A stretch of DNA of 64,000 bases from assembly GCA_035438505.1 (NCBI GenBank), contig DAORIM010000001.1:7808-71807 (forward strand). The letters run 5' to 3'. The notes under the pieces are model-generated. The model saw only the letters and a program-made list of their open reading frames with translations, searched no databases and was not told the DNA's origin. Positions 46,177 through 55,767 of this stretch are shown here, piece by piece. Numbering within the stretch: position 1 is the stretch's first letter; the number at the start of each line of letters is the position of its first letter. Origin of the DNA: Minisyncoccota bacterium (lineage in GTDB: Bacteria > Patescibacteriota > Minisyncoccia > Phycocordibacterales > Phycocordibacteraceae). Made by a program: the position numbers and the translations under genes.

Positions 46177-46799
46177 TGAGTACGGCCTATTTACGTGCTA
46201 GAATCACCAATACACCACAAACCTTGAGCACACCAACTGATCGAATTCGCATAAACCGGGAGATTAGAGCCGCCCAACTCCGGGTTATAGGCGCCGAGGG
46301 AGAGAACCTCGGCGTCATAAGTACGGAAGACGCCCTTAAAGCGGCTCAAAACCTCGGTCTCGACCTCATTGAGATCTCGCCGAACGCGGTTCCGCCCGTT
46401 GCGAAAATCATGGATTATGGTAAATTCGAGTACGAGCGAAGCAAGAAAGAGAGTGCCGCCAGGGCCAAGGTAAAGGTTTCTGAAACCAAGGAGGTCCAGA
46501 TAAAGGTAGGCACAGGAGAGAACGACATGCGCCTCAAAGCCAAGAAGGCAGCCGAATGGCTCGCCGACGGGCACCGGGTGCGTGTCGAGCTCTTCCTCAA
46601 GGGCCGCTACAAGGGTATGGAGGAAGCGTTCCTCAAGACCCGGCTCGAAAAGTTCGTGCTCCTCATTCCCTATCCGTACAAGATAGCCGAGCCTATCGCG
46701 CGAGCCCCGAAGGGATTCGCCGGCATCCTCGAACGTGACGCGAAGGCAGTTGCCACCGGAACGAAGAAACCAGACAGTCCTGAACCCGAAACTACGTAA
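46170..46799 (+). CDS. infC: translation initiation factor IF-3
   Basis: INREIRAAQLRVIGAEGENLGVISTEDALKAAQNLGLDLIEISPNAVPPVAKIMDYGKFEYE... canonical IF3 N- and C-domains; true start probably a non-ATG codon near 46224 (TTG), as is common for infC. Confidence 0.8.
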   Translation: MCLSTAYLRARITNTPQTLSTPTDRIRINREIRAAQLRVIGAEGENLGVISTEDALKAAQNLGLDLIEISPNAVPPVAKIMDYGKFEYERSKKESAARAKVKVSETKEVQIKVGTGENDMRLKAKKAAEWLADGHRVRVELFLKGRYKGMEEAFLKTRLEKFVLLIPYPYKIAEPIARAPKGFAGILERDAKAVATGTKKPDSPEPETT

Positions 46800-46802
46800 A
46801 AC

Positions 46803-46994
46803 ATGAAAACGAACAAGTCATACACGAAGCGCATCAAGGTAACCCGTAACGGGGTGCTTGTTGCCCGCAAGCCGGGTCAGGACCATTTCAATGCCAAGGA
46901 GCGCGGACGCACCAAGGGCGTGAAAAGGCGTGCAAACCTCATCACGGTTCCAAAGCGCATCATCCGCCAGTTCCTCAGCAAGACAAGCGCATAA
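46803..46994 (+). CDS. rpmI: 50S ribosomal protein L35
   Basis: MKTNKSYTKRIKVTRNGVLVARKPG... basic 63-aa protein, conserved infC-rpmI-rplT order. Confidence 0.85.
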   Translation: MKTNKSYTKRIKVTRNGVLVARKPGQDHFNAKERGRTKGVKRRANLITVPKRIIRQFLSKTSA

Positions 46995-47015
46995 CTTTTA
47001 AGTAATTAATTCCGT

Positions 47016-47366
47016 ATGGCACGAGTAAAAGGAGGAGTAGCATCGGCAAAGCGCCGCCGCAACATATTGGTACGCGCCAAGGGCTTCCGTCATGGCCGCT
47101 CTACCAAGGTGCGCCTCGCGAAGGAGTCGCTGGTGCATGCGGGAAAGAACGCGTTTAACCACCGCCGCGACAAGAAGACTGACTTCCGTCAGCTTTGGAT
47201 TGTCCGCCTTAACGCGGCTATCCGCGAGCTCGGCTTCAAGTCCTACAGCACGTTTATCGCCGCAAAAGCAAAGGCAGGTGTAGAGCTCGACCGCAAGGTA
47301 CTTGCCACCCTTGCCGCTCAGGAGCCTGAGGTATTCGCTCGCGTTGCGAACAAGATTCAGGGATAA
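47016..47366 (+). CDS. rplT: 50S ribosomal protein L20
   Basis: MARVKGGVASAKRRRNILVRAKGFRHGRSTKVRLAKESL... canonical L20. Confidence 0.9.
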   Translation: MARVKGGVASAKRRRNILVRAKGFRHGRSTKVRLAKESLVHAGKNAFNHRRDKKTDFRQLWIVRLNAAIRELGFKSYSTFIAAKAKAGVELDRKVLATLAAQEPEVFARVANKIQG

Positions 47367-47382
47367 GGATTTCCCTCGAACA

Positions 47383-47411
47383 AAAAGCCCCGCATCTGCG
47401 GGGCTTTTTGT
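47383..47411. terminator. terminator hairpin (member of the conserved gccc(c)gcatctgcggg(g)c family)
   Basis: aaaaagccccgcatctgcggggctttttg between rplT (+) and the RNase J-like gene (-). Confidence 0.7.
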
Positions 47412-48800
47412 TTATATCTTCGTGACACCGTCTTTCCGAATCTCCCAAACTTCGCCCTGACTCGGCACGATAGCCTTCGCTCCAAGGAAGTCATGAATCC
47501 GCTGCGCAAGGAATCGCTGCGCTGCCGGCTCTCCTATGGAAACGAATATGGCTTTGGCGCGCGGAAGCGAACCTTGAGCGAACGCGAGCAGCCCTTCCCT
47601 ATCAGCGTGCGCAGACCAGCTCGTAAGGCTCTCAACCTTCGCGCGAACCTTAACCTCGTGTCCATCGAGCTTAACCTTCGTTGCGCCGTCTTGAAGCAGG
47701 CGACCCGGAGAGCCTGGAGCCTGGTACCCAACGATAAGGAGCGTAGTTGTAGGATCTGGAAGGTACTTCGCCTCCCACTTCCCGATACGGCCGCCATGGC
47801 TCATACCCGCGCCCGCGATAATAAGCTTCGGGCTCGGCTCTCCCGCTATAGTTTCTGAATCCTCGCGACTTGGCGTCATAGTGAGGAATGGGAAGCGGAA
47901 AATGCTCTGCTCCTTCTTCATCTCAGCCTTCGCTGCCTCGTTGAAGTATTCGCTCGCCCACTTCTCATAAATAGCCGTAACGTTAATCGCAAGCGGCGAA
48001 TCAAGGAAGACAGGAATCTTCGGAAGCTCTCCTGCTTCCATAAGGTTTGAAATTTCGTACAGCATGAGCTGCGTGCGCTCCATGGAGAATGCCGGCATGA
48101 GAATGGTTCCGCCGCGCTCTATAGCGCGCTTCAATGTGTCGCGCAGCTGCGGCACGCGCTGATCCACGTGCTCGTGCAGACGGTCTCCGTATACCGCCTC
48201 CATGATAAGTGCATCTGCGTCAGGAACCGGATCCGCGTCCCTGAGGTATGGATTTGGCGAGTTGCCAATGTCTCCCGTAAACGCAGCTGTGGTGCCGTCT
48301 GCGTCTTTCACACGCACGCTTCCGGCGCCGAGGATATGCCCGGTATCGCGCATATATATCGAAAGCCCGGGCGCTATGGTGCGCTCTTCGTTGTACGGAA
48401 TCGTCTCCACGAGTGTCAAAAGACGCTCAACATCCTCGACGCTATAAAGCGGGAGCTGGCCATAGCGCTTGGCTTCCTGCGCAAGCAAGTTAACGCTATC
48501 GCTGAGCATAAGCGCCATAAGATCGCGCGTTGCCTCGGTCATGTACGCTTTTCCTTTGAAGCCTTCTCGCACAAGCTTCGGTGCGCGGCCTATATGGTCA
48601 AGGTGCGCGTGCGTAATAACGAGCGCATCGATAGTAGAGGCGTCGTAGGGGAACGATGCGTACATACACTTAGCGCAGAAGTCTCTTCCCTGCTCAAGTC
48701 CGCAGTCTATTAAAATCTTGCCGCCTTCCGTTCCCTCAACGAGGAAATTCGAGCCAGTAACGGCTCCAGCGCCCCCATGAAATGTTACGCGGATCGCCAT
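47412..48800 (-). CDS. MBL-fold metallo-hydrolase of the beta-CASP family (RNase J-like ribonuclease)
   Basis: HAHLDHIG (HxHxDH) motif, beta-CASP insertion and C-terminal RNA-metabolising domain; 462 aa. Confidence 0.75.
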   Translation of the reverse strand: MAIRVTFHGGAGAVTGSNFLVEGTEGGKILIDCGLEQGRDFCAKCMYASFPYDASTIDALVITHAHLDHIGRAPKLVREGFKGKAYMTEATRDLMALMLSDSVNLLAQEAKRYGQLPLYSVEDVERLLTLVETIPYNEERTIAPGLSIYMRDTGHILGAGSVRVKDADGTTAAFTGDIGNSPNPYLRDADPVPDADALIMEAVYGDRLHEHVDQRVPQLRDTLKRAIERGGTILMPAFSMERTQLMLYEISNLMEAGELPKIPVFLDSPLAINVTAIYEKWASEYFNEAAKAEMKKEQSIFRFPFLTMTPSREDSETIAGEPSPKLIIAGAGMSHGGRIGKWEAKYLPDPTTTLLIVGYQAPGSPGRLLQDGATKVKLDGHEVKVRAKVESLTSWSAHADREGLLAFAQGSLPRAKAIFVSIGEPAAQRFLAQRIHDFLGAKAIVPSQGEVWEIRKDGVTKI

Positions 48801-49144
48801 ATCGTAAATCGAGCAGCGGTGTACCCGAGCGTCATACCCAGTGCGTCCATAAGCAGATCAAGCGAGGTATCGAACGCAAAATTCGCTTCCCGTTGCGCGT
48901 TAATACCAAGCTCAAACAATTCCCACCCTATCGCAATCCCAAACATAGCGCCGAGGAATACGAGCGCACGTCGCTTATCAAGCAGTGCAACGCCAAACAC
49001 CGCGACTGTAAGCCCACCGAGGAAGTGCACGAACGTATCAAGCCAGGTGTACGTCCAGTAGAGCCAGTACTCAAGCGCAACGTACTGTATGTACGCTACG
49101 AGCGAAGCGAGAACAAGAGCTGCAAGGAGCCATGCAAGACGCAT
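48785..49144 (-). CDS. hypothetical membrane protein (VanZ-like?)
   Basis: 119 aa, four hydrophobic helices; overlaps the RNase J-like gene start by 16 nt. Confidence 0.3.
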   Translation of the reverse strand: MRLAWLLAALVLASLVAYIQYVALEYWLYWTYTWLDTFVHFLGGLTVAVFGVALLDKRRALVFLGAMFGIAIGWELFELGINAQREANFAFDTSLDLLMDALGMTLGYTAARFTIWRSA

Positions 49145-49366
49145 AATACGACCACTTTAGCATGAGAAAAGCCGAGGATTTCTCCTCGGCTTTTCTCATA
49201 GAGCCGTCCCGGTGTGGCAACTTTTGTATGCCACGTGGGTGCCCGCATCGTAAGAAGCAAAGCCGCCTACGGGATATAAGGCTCCCTGGTTGAAAGCAAG
49301 TTGCGTTTATAGGACGGCTCTACACGTAGTATACCAAAATCCGGCCAGAGGCCGGATTGGTGTGGA

Positions 49367-49975
49367 CTACTCGAGAATGCCGTCGAGATTCACGTCGTAG
49401 AGGATCTGATCGCCTACGAGACGGTAGCTAATGATCTCTTCCGGAGTGAACCAGAGACTGATCTCCGTTTCCGCATTCTCGGGAGTGTCGGAGCAGTGGA
49501 TGAGGTTGCGCACTGCGCGATCATCAACTGCAGAGATTCCGTAAGAATCGATCGTGAAGTCGCCGCGGATAGTTCCGACGTCAGACGTCGATGGCTCAGT
49601 GCCTCCCGTGATCTTGGTGATTACGCCGACTGCCTGGTTTCCTTCCCACGCCATCATCACAACAGGACCCGAGGTCATGTAGCGCTCAAGCGCGCGGATA
49701 ATATCCTTTCCGTACTCAATAGGCTCCTTCTCCGCAGAAAGGCCTGCTGCAGCACGCTCAGCCGCGATGTTGGTTCCCTTCTTGATGAACCATTCGTCGT
49801 CCTTGTTGTAGTGCTTCCAGATGCGGTCGCTATCAGGAACCGCAAGCTTAAGCCCGATAAGCTTAAGGCCGGTGCGCTCAAAGCGCTTGATGATCTCTCC
49901 TACGAGAGAGCGCTGAATGCCGTCTGGCTTGATAATGACGAAGCTGCGTTCGAGTTTTGGGTGCGGAATTGGCAT
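49367..49975 (-). CDS. ndk: nucleoside diphosphate kinase (extended form)
   Basis: ERSFVIIKPDGIQRSLVGEIIKRFE... and NLIHCSD active-site His region; 202 aa with insertion/C-terminal extension. Confidence 0.7.
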   Translation of the reverse strand: MPIPHPKLERSFVIIKPDGIQRSLVGEIIKRFERTGLKLIGLKLAVPDSDRIWKHYNKDDEWFIKKGTNIAAERAAAGLSAEKEPIEYGKDIIRALERYMTSGPVVMMAWEGNQAVGVITKITGGTEPSTSDVGTIRGDFTIDSYGISAVDDRAVRNLIHCSDTPENAETEISLWFTPEEIISYRLVGDQILYDVNLDGILE

Positions 49976-50073
49976 GGAAAGTGATACTAAAAATCGCCCG
50001 AAGGCGAACTAATGGGCTGAGTATAGCGTACCCAAAGGGCCAGCACCAGGCTTCGGGACAAACGCCTTCTTCC

Positions 50074-50856
50074 TTAAAATCGCTCTGTCGGCCTCCGAGT
50101 CACAACCGTTACGCCACTCTCCTCAATGAGGATGGTGTGCTCAGAATGGGACGAAATCGAGCCGTCCTTTGAGCGGTACGTGTATCCGTCGGGCGCAAGT
50201 ATAATCGTTCCCTTGCCTGCGTTTGCGATAGGCTCAAGCGCGAGCACCATACCCTCCTTAATCTCTTCCCCGGTCCCAGGGTACCCGTAGTTTGCGATGT
50301 ACGGCTCTTCATGGACGCGCTTCCCTACGGCGTGCCCGCCGAGCACCTTTACGATAGAAACCCCGGTACCCTTGAAGGATTCGCCGATTGCGTGAGAGAT
50401 GTCGCCAATCCGTCCGCCAACGCGTGCGGCACTAATCCCGGCTTCAAGCGCGCGCTCCGTGGCTGCAATAAGGTTCTGCGCCTCCTTCGACACCTTCCCC
50501 ACGGGAACCGTAACGGCGGAGTCCGTGATGAAGCCTTTGTGCACGATGCCGAAGTCGAGCGAAACAATATCGCCTTCCTTAAGAATCCGTGCGTCCTCAT
50601 TCGGAATGCCGTGCACCACCTCTTCGTTAACAGAAACGCACAGCGCTGCAGGAAACGGACGGCGTGCACCCTCAGGCGTATAGCCCTTAAACGCTGGCTC
50701 GTCCCCGCCTTCGAGAATAAGGCGAAGCGCCTCGTCCTCAAGTGCCTGCGTAGAAACTCCTGGAGCAACCATGCGCTCAAGCTTCTCAAGGATAACGCCG
50801 AGCCTGCGACCAGACTCGATGATTCCCTCTCGCTCTTCAGGAGTGTACGCAACCAT
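50074..50856 (-). CDS. map: type I methionine aminopeptidase
   Basis: Pita-bread fold motifs VVHGIPN, DIVSLDFG, HAVG...HEEP, metal ligands D/D/H/E/E conserved; follows adk as in spc operon tail. Confidence 0.9.
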   Translation of the reverse strand: MVAYTPEEREGIIESGRRLGVILEKLERMVAPGVSTQALEDEALRLILEGGDEPAFKGYTPEGARRPFPAALCVSVNEEVVHGIPNEDARILKEGDIVSLDFGIVHKGFITDSAVTVPVGKVSKEAQNLIAATERALEAGISAARVGGRIGDISHAIGESFKGTGVSIVKVLGGHAVGKRVHEEPYIANYGYPGTGEEIKEGMVLALEPIANAGKGTIILAPDGYTYRSKDGSISSHSEHTILIEESGVTVVTRRPTERF

Positions 50857-50858
50857 AC

Positions 50859-51437
50859 TTATGCAAGTGTCGCACGAATATCAGCCTCCACTTCCTCCGG
50901 CGTCTTCGTGCCGTCGAGCGTCGTGAGGAGTCCGCGCTCCTTGAAGAACTCAAGCACGGGCGCAGTGTATGCGTCATACACGCCAAGACGTGCGGCGATC
51001 TTCTCGGGCGTAGCACTATCTGGACGGTGCTCGCTTTCCGCACGCTTTAACATTCGTGTTGTTACTTCCTCGTTCGGCACCATAAGATCAATAACCCGGT
51101 ACGGGCGCTCGAGCCAGTCCATGACGCTCGCAAAGCGCTCTGCCTGCGCAAGCGTGCGCGGATACCCGTCACACACCATACCCGCATCAGGAGCGAGTGA
51201 AAGCGCTACGTCTTCAAAGATGTAGTTAGCAAACCAGTCAGGAAGGAGCTCCCCTGCGTCATACGCTTCGCGCACGTGAGCGGCAATTGGTCCCTCGCCG
51301 TCCCGCAGCGTCTTAAAACGCTCGCCAGTTGAAAAGTGCGCCCATCCGCGCGCCTCAGCGAGGCGTTTTGCCTGGGTTCCCTTTCCTGAGCCCGGACGGC
51401 CGGTAAGGATAATAGTATTTGAAAGTGATTCTTGCAT
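50859..51437 (-). CDS. adk: adenylate kinase
   Basis: P-loop GRPGSGKGTQ, NMP-binding STGERFK, short LID; start set at internal Met (MQESLSN...). Confidence 0.8.
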   Translation of the reverse strand: MQESLSNTIILTGRPGSGKGTQAKRLAEARGWAHFSTGERFKTLRDGEGPIAAHVREAYDAGELLPDWFANYIFEDVALSLAPDAGMVCDGYPRTLAQAERFASVMDWLERPYRVIDLMVPNEEVTTRMLKRAESEHRPDSATPEKIAARLGVYDAYTAPVLEFFKERGLLTTLDGTKTPEEVEADIRATLA

Positions 51438-51476
51438 AGATATTCCTACTGTATCAGTAATGAAAGATGCGCGCAT

Positions 51477-52046
51477 TTATGCGAGCCCCAGGATCTTCGC
51501 GACCTCTTCTGAGACCTCTTCAGGGGTACGCTCCCCGTCAATATCCACGCAAGCATTCCCCTTCCTAAAGACCTCTAGGGCTTTCTCCGTAAAGCGATTG
51601 TATTCGTCGAGACGCATCTGCACACAGTGATCATCAGCACGGCCAGACTCCCCTTTGCGTGAATCGAGCCTGCGATGCACCTCTTCATCCGATATCGCGA
51701 TATTAATAACCGTAAACGGACGTTCCAAAAATTCCGACGCAGCGAAGATAAGCTCTGCTTCTTCGATCTTTCTGTTGAATCCGTCGAAGATAACGCTTTG
51801 CGCATCAGGATGCGAGAGTGCAATGCGTAGGTACAAGTACTCAACAAACCAAGGAGGCGACAACAGCCCCTGATCCATTTCAAGCCTTGTTCTTCGCCCT
51901 GCTGGAGTGTCTTCAGCAGCAATGGCGCGGAACTGGTCTCCAGAGCCGTACATCGGCCACCCAGTCCGTGCAGCAAGGATCTTGGCCTGCGTGCCCTTTC
52001 CGCTACCAGGCTTTCCGAGAAAGAATACCGTCTGCGGCGATTCCAT
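51477..52046 (-). CDS. adenylate kinase paralog (second NMP kinase directly after secY)
   Basis: P-loop GKPGSGKGTQAKILA, GSGDQFR NMP-site, short LID; ~30% identical to the downstream adk; start set at MESPQTV. Confidence 0.7.
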   Translation of the reverse strand: MESPQTVFFLGKPGSGKGTQAKILAARTGWPMYGSGDQFRAIAAEDTPAGRRTRLEMDQGLLSPPWFVEYLYLRIALSHPDAQSVIFDGFNRKIEEAELIFAASEFLERPFTVINIAISDEEVHRRLDSRKGESGRADDHCVQMRLDEYNRFTEKALEVFRKGNACVDIDGERTPEEVSEEVAKILGLA

Positions 52047-52096
52047 ACTGATTACTCTAGCATTAACGAGCAAAGCCTCCCGGAGGAGGCTTTTTT

Positions 52097-53365
52097 CTAA
52101 TACTCCCGAAGGGACGCCTGCGCGTCGATCTTCCGAATGAGGTCGAGCACCACGTTAACCACGATGAGAAGCGCGGTACCGCCGATAAGGACGGCTGTAA
52201 TGCCGGTAAGGCCCTGGATGATGAATGGGACAACCGCAACCAAGCCGAGGAAGAGCGCTCCAGGGAGCGTCACGCGGTTAACCACGTTTCCAATGAAGGT
52301 CTCGGTCTCGCGTCCTGGGCGCACGCCAGGAACAAAGGCTCCAGACTTCTGAAGATTGTCAGCCACGCGCTTGGGTTCGAAGGTGATGGAGGTGTAGAAG
52401 TACGTAAACATAACCACGAGCACGAAGTACACCGCGCCGTGCCAGTACGGGTTTGCGCTGAAAGCCTGGTATCCGGCAAGCGCACCAGCGGCTCCTGCTA
52501 CACCAACTGCCGCAAGTCCGGTAAGGACCATCTGCGGAAGAAGAAGGAGCGAGAGCGCAAAGATAATCGGCATAACACCGGCCTGCAGAAGGCGAATAGG
52601 AAGGTACGTTGGCGCAGCTGATACAGCGCCGCGTGTTGCACGGGCGTAGTTGATTGGAATCGAGCGCTCTGCCTCAGACACCAGAACAACGGCGAAGATA
52701 ATCGCAATTCCAAGAAGTGCGAAGCCTACGTATGCCGGAATGTTTGCGGCCGTTGCCGTAAACAGAAGCTGGGAAAGGCCAGCAGGAAGCGCTGCCACGA
52801 TACCAGCGAAGATAATGAGGGAAACACCGTTGCCGATGCCGAACTCGGTGATAAGCTCGCCGATCCACATAAGGAGCAATGAGCCCGCGGTAATAAGGAA
52901 TACGTTAACAGCAAAATCAAACGGTGTAAGCGTGCGCACGATTCCCTGGCTCTCCAGGAGCGAGAGGAATGCGATACCCTGAAGAATTGCGAACGGTACC
53001 GTGATAGCGCGCGCAATCGAAGTGAACTTCGTGCGTCCTGCGTCTCCTTCCTCGCTGTACATCGCCTTAACCTTTGGAATAAGGACAGTAGCGAGCTGCA
53101 TAACGATAGAAGCCGTAATGTACGGACCAACGCCGAGCATCACGATAGAAAGGTTTGCGAGCCCGCCTCCGGAGAAGATGTTGAGGAGACCGAGGAACTG
53201 ATTGTTATTGAAAAACTGTGCAAGCGCGATTGGGTCAACGCCAGGAATTGGCACCGCCGCGAGGAAGCGGAAGACTACAAAGGCACCCAGGATGAAGAGG
53301 ATCCGGTTCCTGATGACCCGATCCGAGAAGACGACCTTGAGCTTGTGAATCGCCTTTCCAATCAT
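52097..53365 (-). CDS. secY: preprotein translocase subunit SecY
   Basis: 10 TM helices, conserved plug/hinge regions; start set at MIGKAIHKLK 4 nt after the rplO stop (the longer ORF would overlap rplO). Confidence 0.9.
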   Translation of the reverse strand: MIGKAIHKLKVVFSDRVIRNRILFILGAFVVFRFLAAVPIPGVDPIALAQFFNNNQFLGLLNIFSGGGLANLSIVMLGVGPYITASIVMQLATVLIPKVKAMYSEEGDAGRTKFTSIARAITVPFAILQGIAFLSLLESQGIVRTLTPFDFAVNVFLITAGSLLLMWIGELITEFGIGNGVSLIIFAGIVAALPAGLSQLLFTATAANIPAYVGFALLGIAIIFAVVLVSEAERSIPINYARATRGAVSAAPTYLPIRLLQAGVMPIIFALSLLLLPQMVLTGLAAVGVAGAAGALAGYQAFSANPYWHGAVYFVLVVMFTYFYTSITFEPKRVADNLQKSGAFVPGVRPGRETETFIGNVVNRVTLPGALFLGLVAVVPFIIQGLTGITAVLIGGTALLIVVNVVLDLIRKIDAQASLREY

Positions 53366-53369
53366 AGGA

Positions 53370-53819
53370 CTAGAGGACGGAGCCGCCTGCGGCTTCGATT
53401 GCGGTCTTCGCAACGACCGATACGTCGCAGTCAGTAACCTTAAGCGCCTTCGTAAGGCTGCCAGCACCGAGAATCTTTACGTAGGCAATGCGGCCACCCT
53501 TCGCGCTGATGAGACCCTTCTTGTAGAGCGTCTCTGGCGTGATTGCGTCTCCTGCGGAGAATGCAGCCTCGAGCGTAGCGAGGTTAACTGGCTCGTACTC
53601 GCGGCGCTTTGCGCGCACGGTGCGGGCACGGTTCTTTCCGTGACCACGAAGCTTCGGAAGCTTCTTAAGGATGTCGCGCATCTCCGGGCGCTTCTTGTGT
53701 CCGGCACGAGCGTTCTGCCCCTTGGTACCACGACCAGAGGTCTTACCACGCTTGCCACCACGTCCTACACGAGGAGTGGTGATGCGCTGGGTCTTGGGTG
53801 CGAGAGTGTTGGACTGCAT
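53370..53819 (-). CDS. rplO: 50S ribosomal protein L15
   Basis: Gly/Arg-rich N-terminus RVGRGGKRGKTSGRGTKGQNARAG and conserved C-terminal fold. Confidence 0.85.
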   Translation of the reverse strand: MQSNTLAPKTQRITTPRVGRGGKRGKTSGRGTKGQNARAGHKKRPEMRDILKKLPKLRGHGKNRARTVRAKRREYEPVNLATLEAAFSAGDAITPETLYKKGLISAKGGRIAYVKILGAGSLTKALKVTDCDVSVVAKTAIEAAGGSVL

Positions 53820-53830
53820 AGTAAAGAGAA

Positions 53831-54460
53831 TTATCGAGCGCCTGCAGACGCAAGAGCGGCAACGGTAGCGCGCGCAATGGTGAGCTTGTTCTTGGTGCGG
53901 GTGAGGATCTTTGCAATCACGTTCGTAACACCAGCGTGCTCAAGCACGGAGCGCATTGCAGATCCTGCAACAACACCGCGGCCGGGAGACGGGATGATAG
54001 TAACAATCGAAGACGAGTACTTCACTGACACGTCGTGCGCAATGGAACCTTCTGGAGTGCGCTTAACAGTTACGAGGTGCTTCTTCGCATCGCGAACCGC
54101 CTTATCAATAGCAAGCGCGGTATCTGCACCCTTTCCAAGGCCAACGCCAACACGTCCCTTCTTGTCGCCGATAACAACCGTTACGGAGAAGGAGAAGCGG
54201 CGACCGCCGGCCATAACGCGGGCCACGCGACGAACCTCAAGCGTTGCCTGCTCAAACTCTGAGCGCTCGCGAGGGGCGCGAGGCCCGCGTCCGCGACCAC
54301 CATCACGTCCACCCGGGCCCCGTCCGCGACCACCAGGACCTCCGCTGCGGAATCCGCCACGACCGCCATCGCGGGCAGGTGCAGCAGCAGCGTCAACAAC
54401 AGGAGCTTCTGCCTCTGGTGCCTTTGCGTCGGTATTCGTGTCGAGTGTTGTATCAGTCAT
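53831..54460 (-). CDS. rpsE: 30S ribosomal protein S5 with Arg/Gly-rich N-terminal extension
   Basis: Core RVARVMAGGRRFSFSVTVVIGDKKGRVGVGLGKGADTALAIDKAV...; no rpmD (L30) between rpsE and rplO. Confidence 0.85.
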   Translation of the reverse strand: MTDTTLDTNTDAKAPEAEAPVVDAAAAPARDGGRGGFRSGGPGGRGRGPGGRDGGRGRGPRAPRERSEFEQATLEVRRVARVMAGGRRFSFSVTVVIGDKKGRVGVGLGKGADTALAIDKAVRDAKKHLVTVKRTPEGSIAHDVSVKYSSSIVTIIPSPGRGVVAGSAMRSVLEHAGVTNVIAKILTRTKNKLTIARATVAALASAGAR

Positions 54461-54463
54461 GTA

Positions 54464-54808
54464 TTAGAAAGTAAGCCCTGCTTCGCGTGCCGCGTCCGCA
54501 AGACCCTTGACCTGGCCTGCGTATCCGTAGCCTCCGCGATCAAAGACCACGGCGGTGATGCCAGCCTTCTGGGCCTTCTCCGCAATGCTCTTGCCCACGC
54601 CTGCTGCCTGCGCAGTAAGAGTGCCGCCAACCTCGCGTCCGTGTGATGCAGCAACAGTCTTTCCTGCCTCGTCGTCGATAAGCTGTGCGGACACGAACTT
54701 GTTGCTCTTAAACACCGCGAGGCGAGGACGCGCTGCGGTACCTGAAATGCGTGCGCGCACACGGTTGTGGCGGCGGTCGCGGAGTTCCTTTTTAGTGAGA
54801 GTTGCCAT
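54464..54808 (-). CDS. rplR: 50S ribosomal protein L18
   Basis: [34 protein letters not shown]... canonical L18. Confidence 0.85.
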   Translation of the reverse strand: MATLTKKELRDRRHNRVRARISGTAARPRLAVFKSNKFVSAQLIDDEAGKTVAASHGREVGGTLTAQAAGVGKSIAEKAQKAGITAVVFDRGGYGYAGQVKGLADAAREAGLTF

Positions 54809-54817
54809 ACGTAAATA

Positions 54818-55363
54818 CTAGACGGCCTTCTTGCCCTGCTTGCGGCGGATAACCTCGTTGTCGTACGCGATACCCTTTCCAAGGTATGGCTCCGGTGGCT
54901 TTACCGCGCGTACTTCAGCGGCAAACTGACCAACCTTCTGCTTGTCCGCGCCTTCAATCGTAATCGTAAGCTTCTCAACCTTAGCCTCAAGACCCTCAGG
55001 AACGGGAAGCGTAACCTGATGCGAGAAGCCGACGTTAAGCACGAGCTCGCGTCCGCGAAGCTCTGCCTTAAAGCCCACACCCTTCATAACGAGAACGCGC
55101 TTGAATGGCGTCTCAACGCCCGAGATCATCGCGCGTGCGTGCGCAGCGTAGGTTCCTGTAAGCGCGCGTGCGAGCTTGGTGTCGTTGGATGGCGTGATCA
55201 TGAGACCCTCCGGAGTAATCGCAATGGCGATTGCCTGGTGGATTGGCATCGCAAGCTGTGCCTGCGTACCCTTCACCGAAAGCACTCCACCGTCCGTAGA
55301 AACGGTTACTTTGGAAGGGATAGCGATTGGCTTCTTTGCAAGGCGGGACATAATAGAAAGCAT
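54818..55363 (-). CDS. rplF: 50S ribosomal protein L6
   Basis: Duplicated L6 alpha/beta domains; start overlaps rpsH stop (TAATG). Confidence 0.85.
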   Translation of the reverse strand: MLSIMSRLAKKPIAIPSKVTVSTDGGVLSVKGTQAQLAMPIHQAIAIAITPEGLMITPSNDTKLARALTGTYAAHARAMISGVETPFKRVLVMKGVGFKAELRGRELVLNVGFSHQVTLPVPEGLEAKVEKLTITIEGADKQKVGQFAAEVRAVKPPEPYLGKGIAYDNEVIRRKQGKKAV

Positions 55364-55752
55364 TACCAGATCTCAAAGAGATTCTCTCCGCCGCTGCGCA
55401 CCTTACGTGCTTCAGCATCCGTGAGTACACCCTTCGGTGTTGAAAGGAGGCGTGCGCCCATACCGTTCTTCACTGAGTGCGCCTCAGCTGAAGGCGTGTA
55501 AAGGCGACGTCCTGGCTTAGAAATGCGCTTTACGCCGTTGATCTTGTGGCGGCCGCGCTCGTCGTACGCGAGGACAACCTCAAACTCGTAGGGACCCTTT
55601 CCCTTCTTAACCTCAGCAACGTAGCCAAGACTCTTGAGCTTGTGTGCAATCTCCTCAACGTGCTTTGAAAACGGTACAGACACGGTGGGCTTGTTAATAG
55701 CGCCAGCGTTCTTAAGACGAATGATGAAATCTCCTACGCGATCAGTAACCAT
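55363..55752 (-). CDS. rpsH: 30S ribosomal protein S8
   Basis: MVTDRVGDFIIRLKNAG... canonical S8. Confidence 0.9.
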   Translation of the reverse strand: MVTDRVGDFIIRLKNAGAINKPTVSVPFSKHVEEIAHKLKSLGYVAEVKKGKGPYEFEVVLAYDERGRHKINGVKRISKPGRRLYTPSAEAHSVKNGMGARLLSTPKGVLTDAEARKVRSGGENLFEIW

Positions 55753-55767
55753 ACAAAAATACTGGAT

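Noticed and set aside
49200-49360. SRP (4.5S) RNA identity for the structured intergenic region
   Set aside because: Contains gaagcaaagcc loosely resembling the domain IV GAAGCAGCC motif, but the characteristic GGAA tetraloop and symmetric loop pairing could not be reconstructed. Left only as a generic ncRNA candidate.
53640-54467. 275-aa plus-strand ORF (Pro/Arg-rich)
   Set aside because: Antisense to rpsE/rplO, low-complexity; the ribosomal genes on the minus strand are unambiguous.
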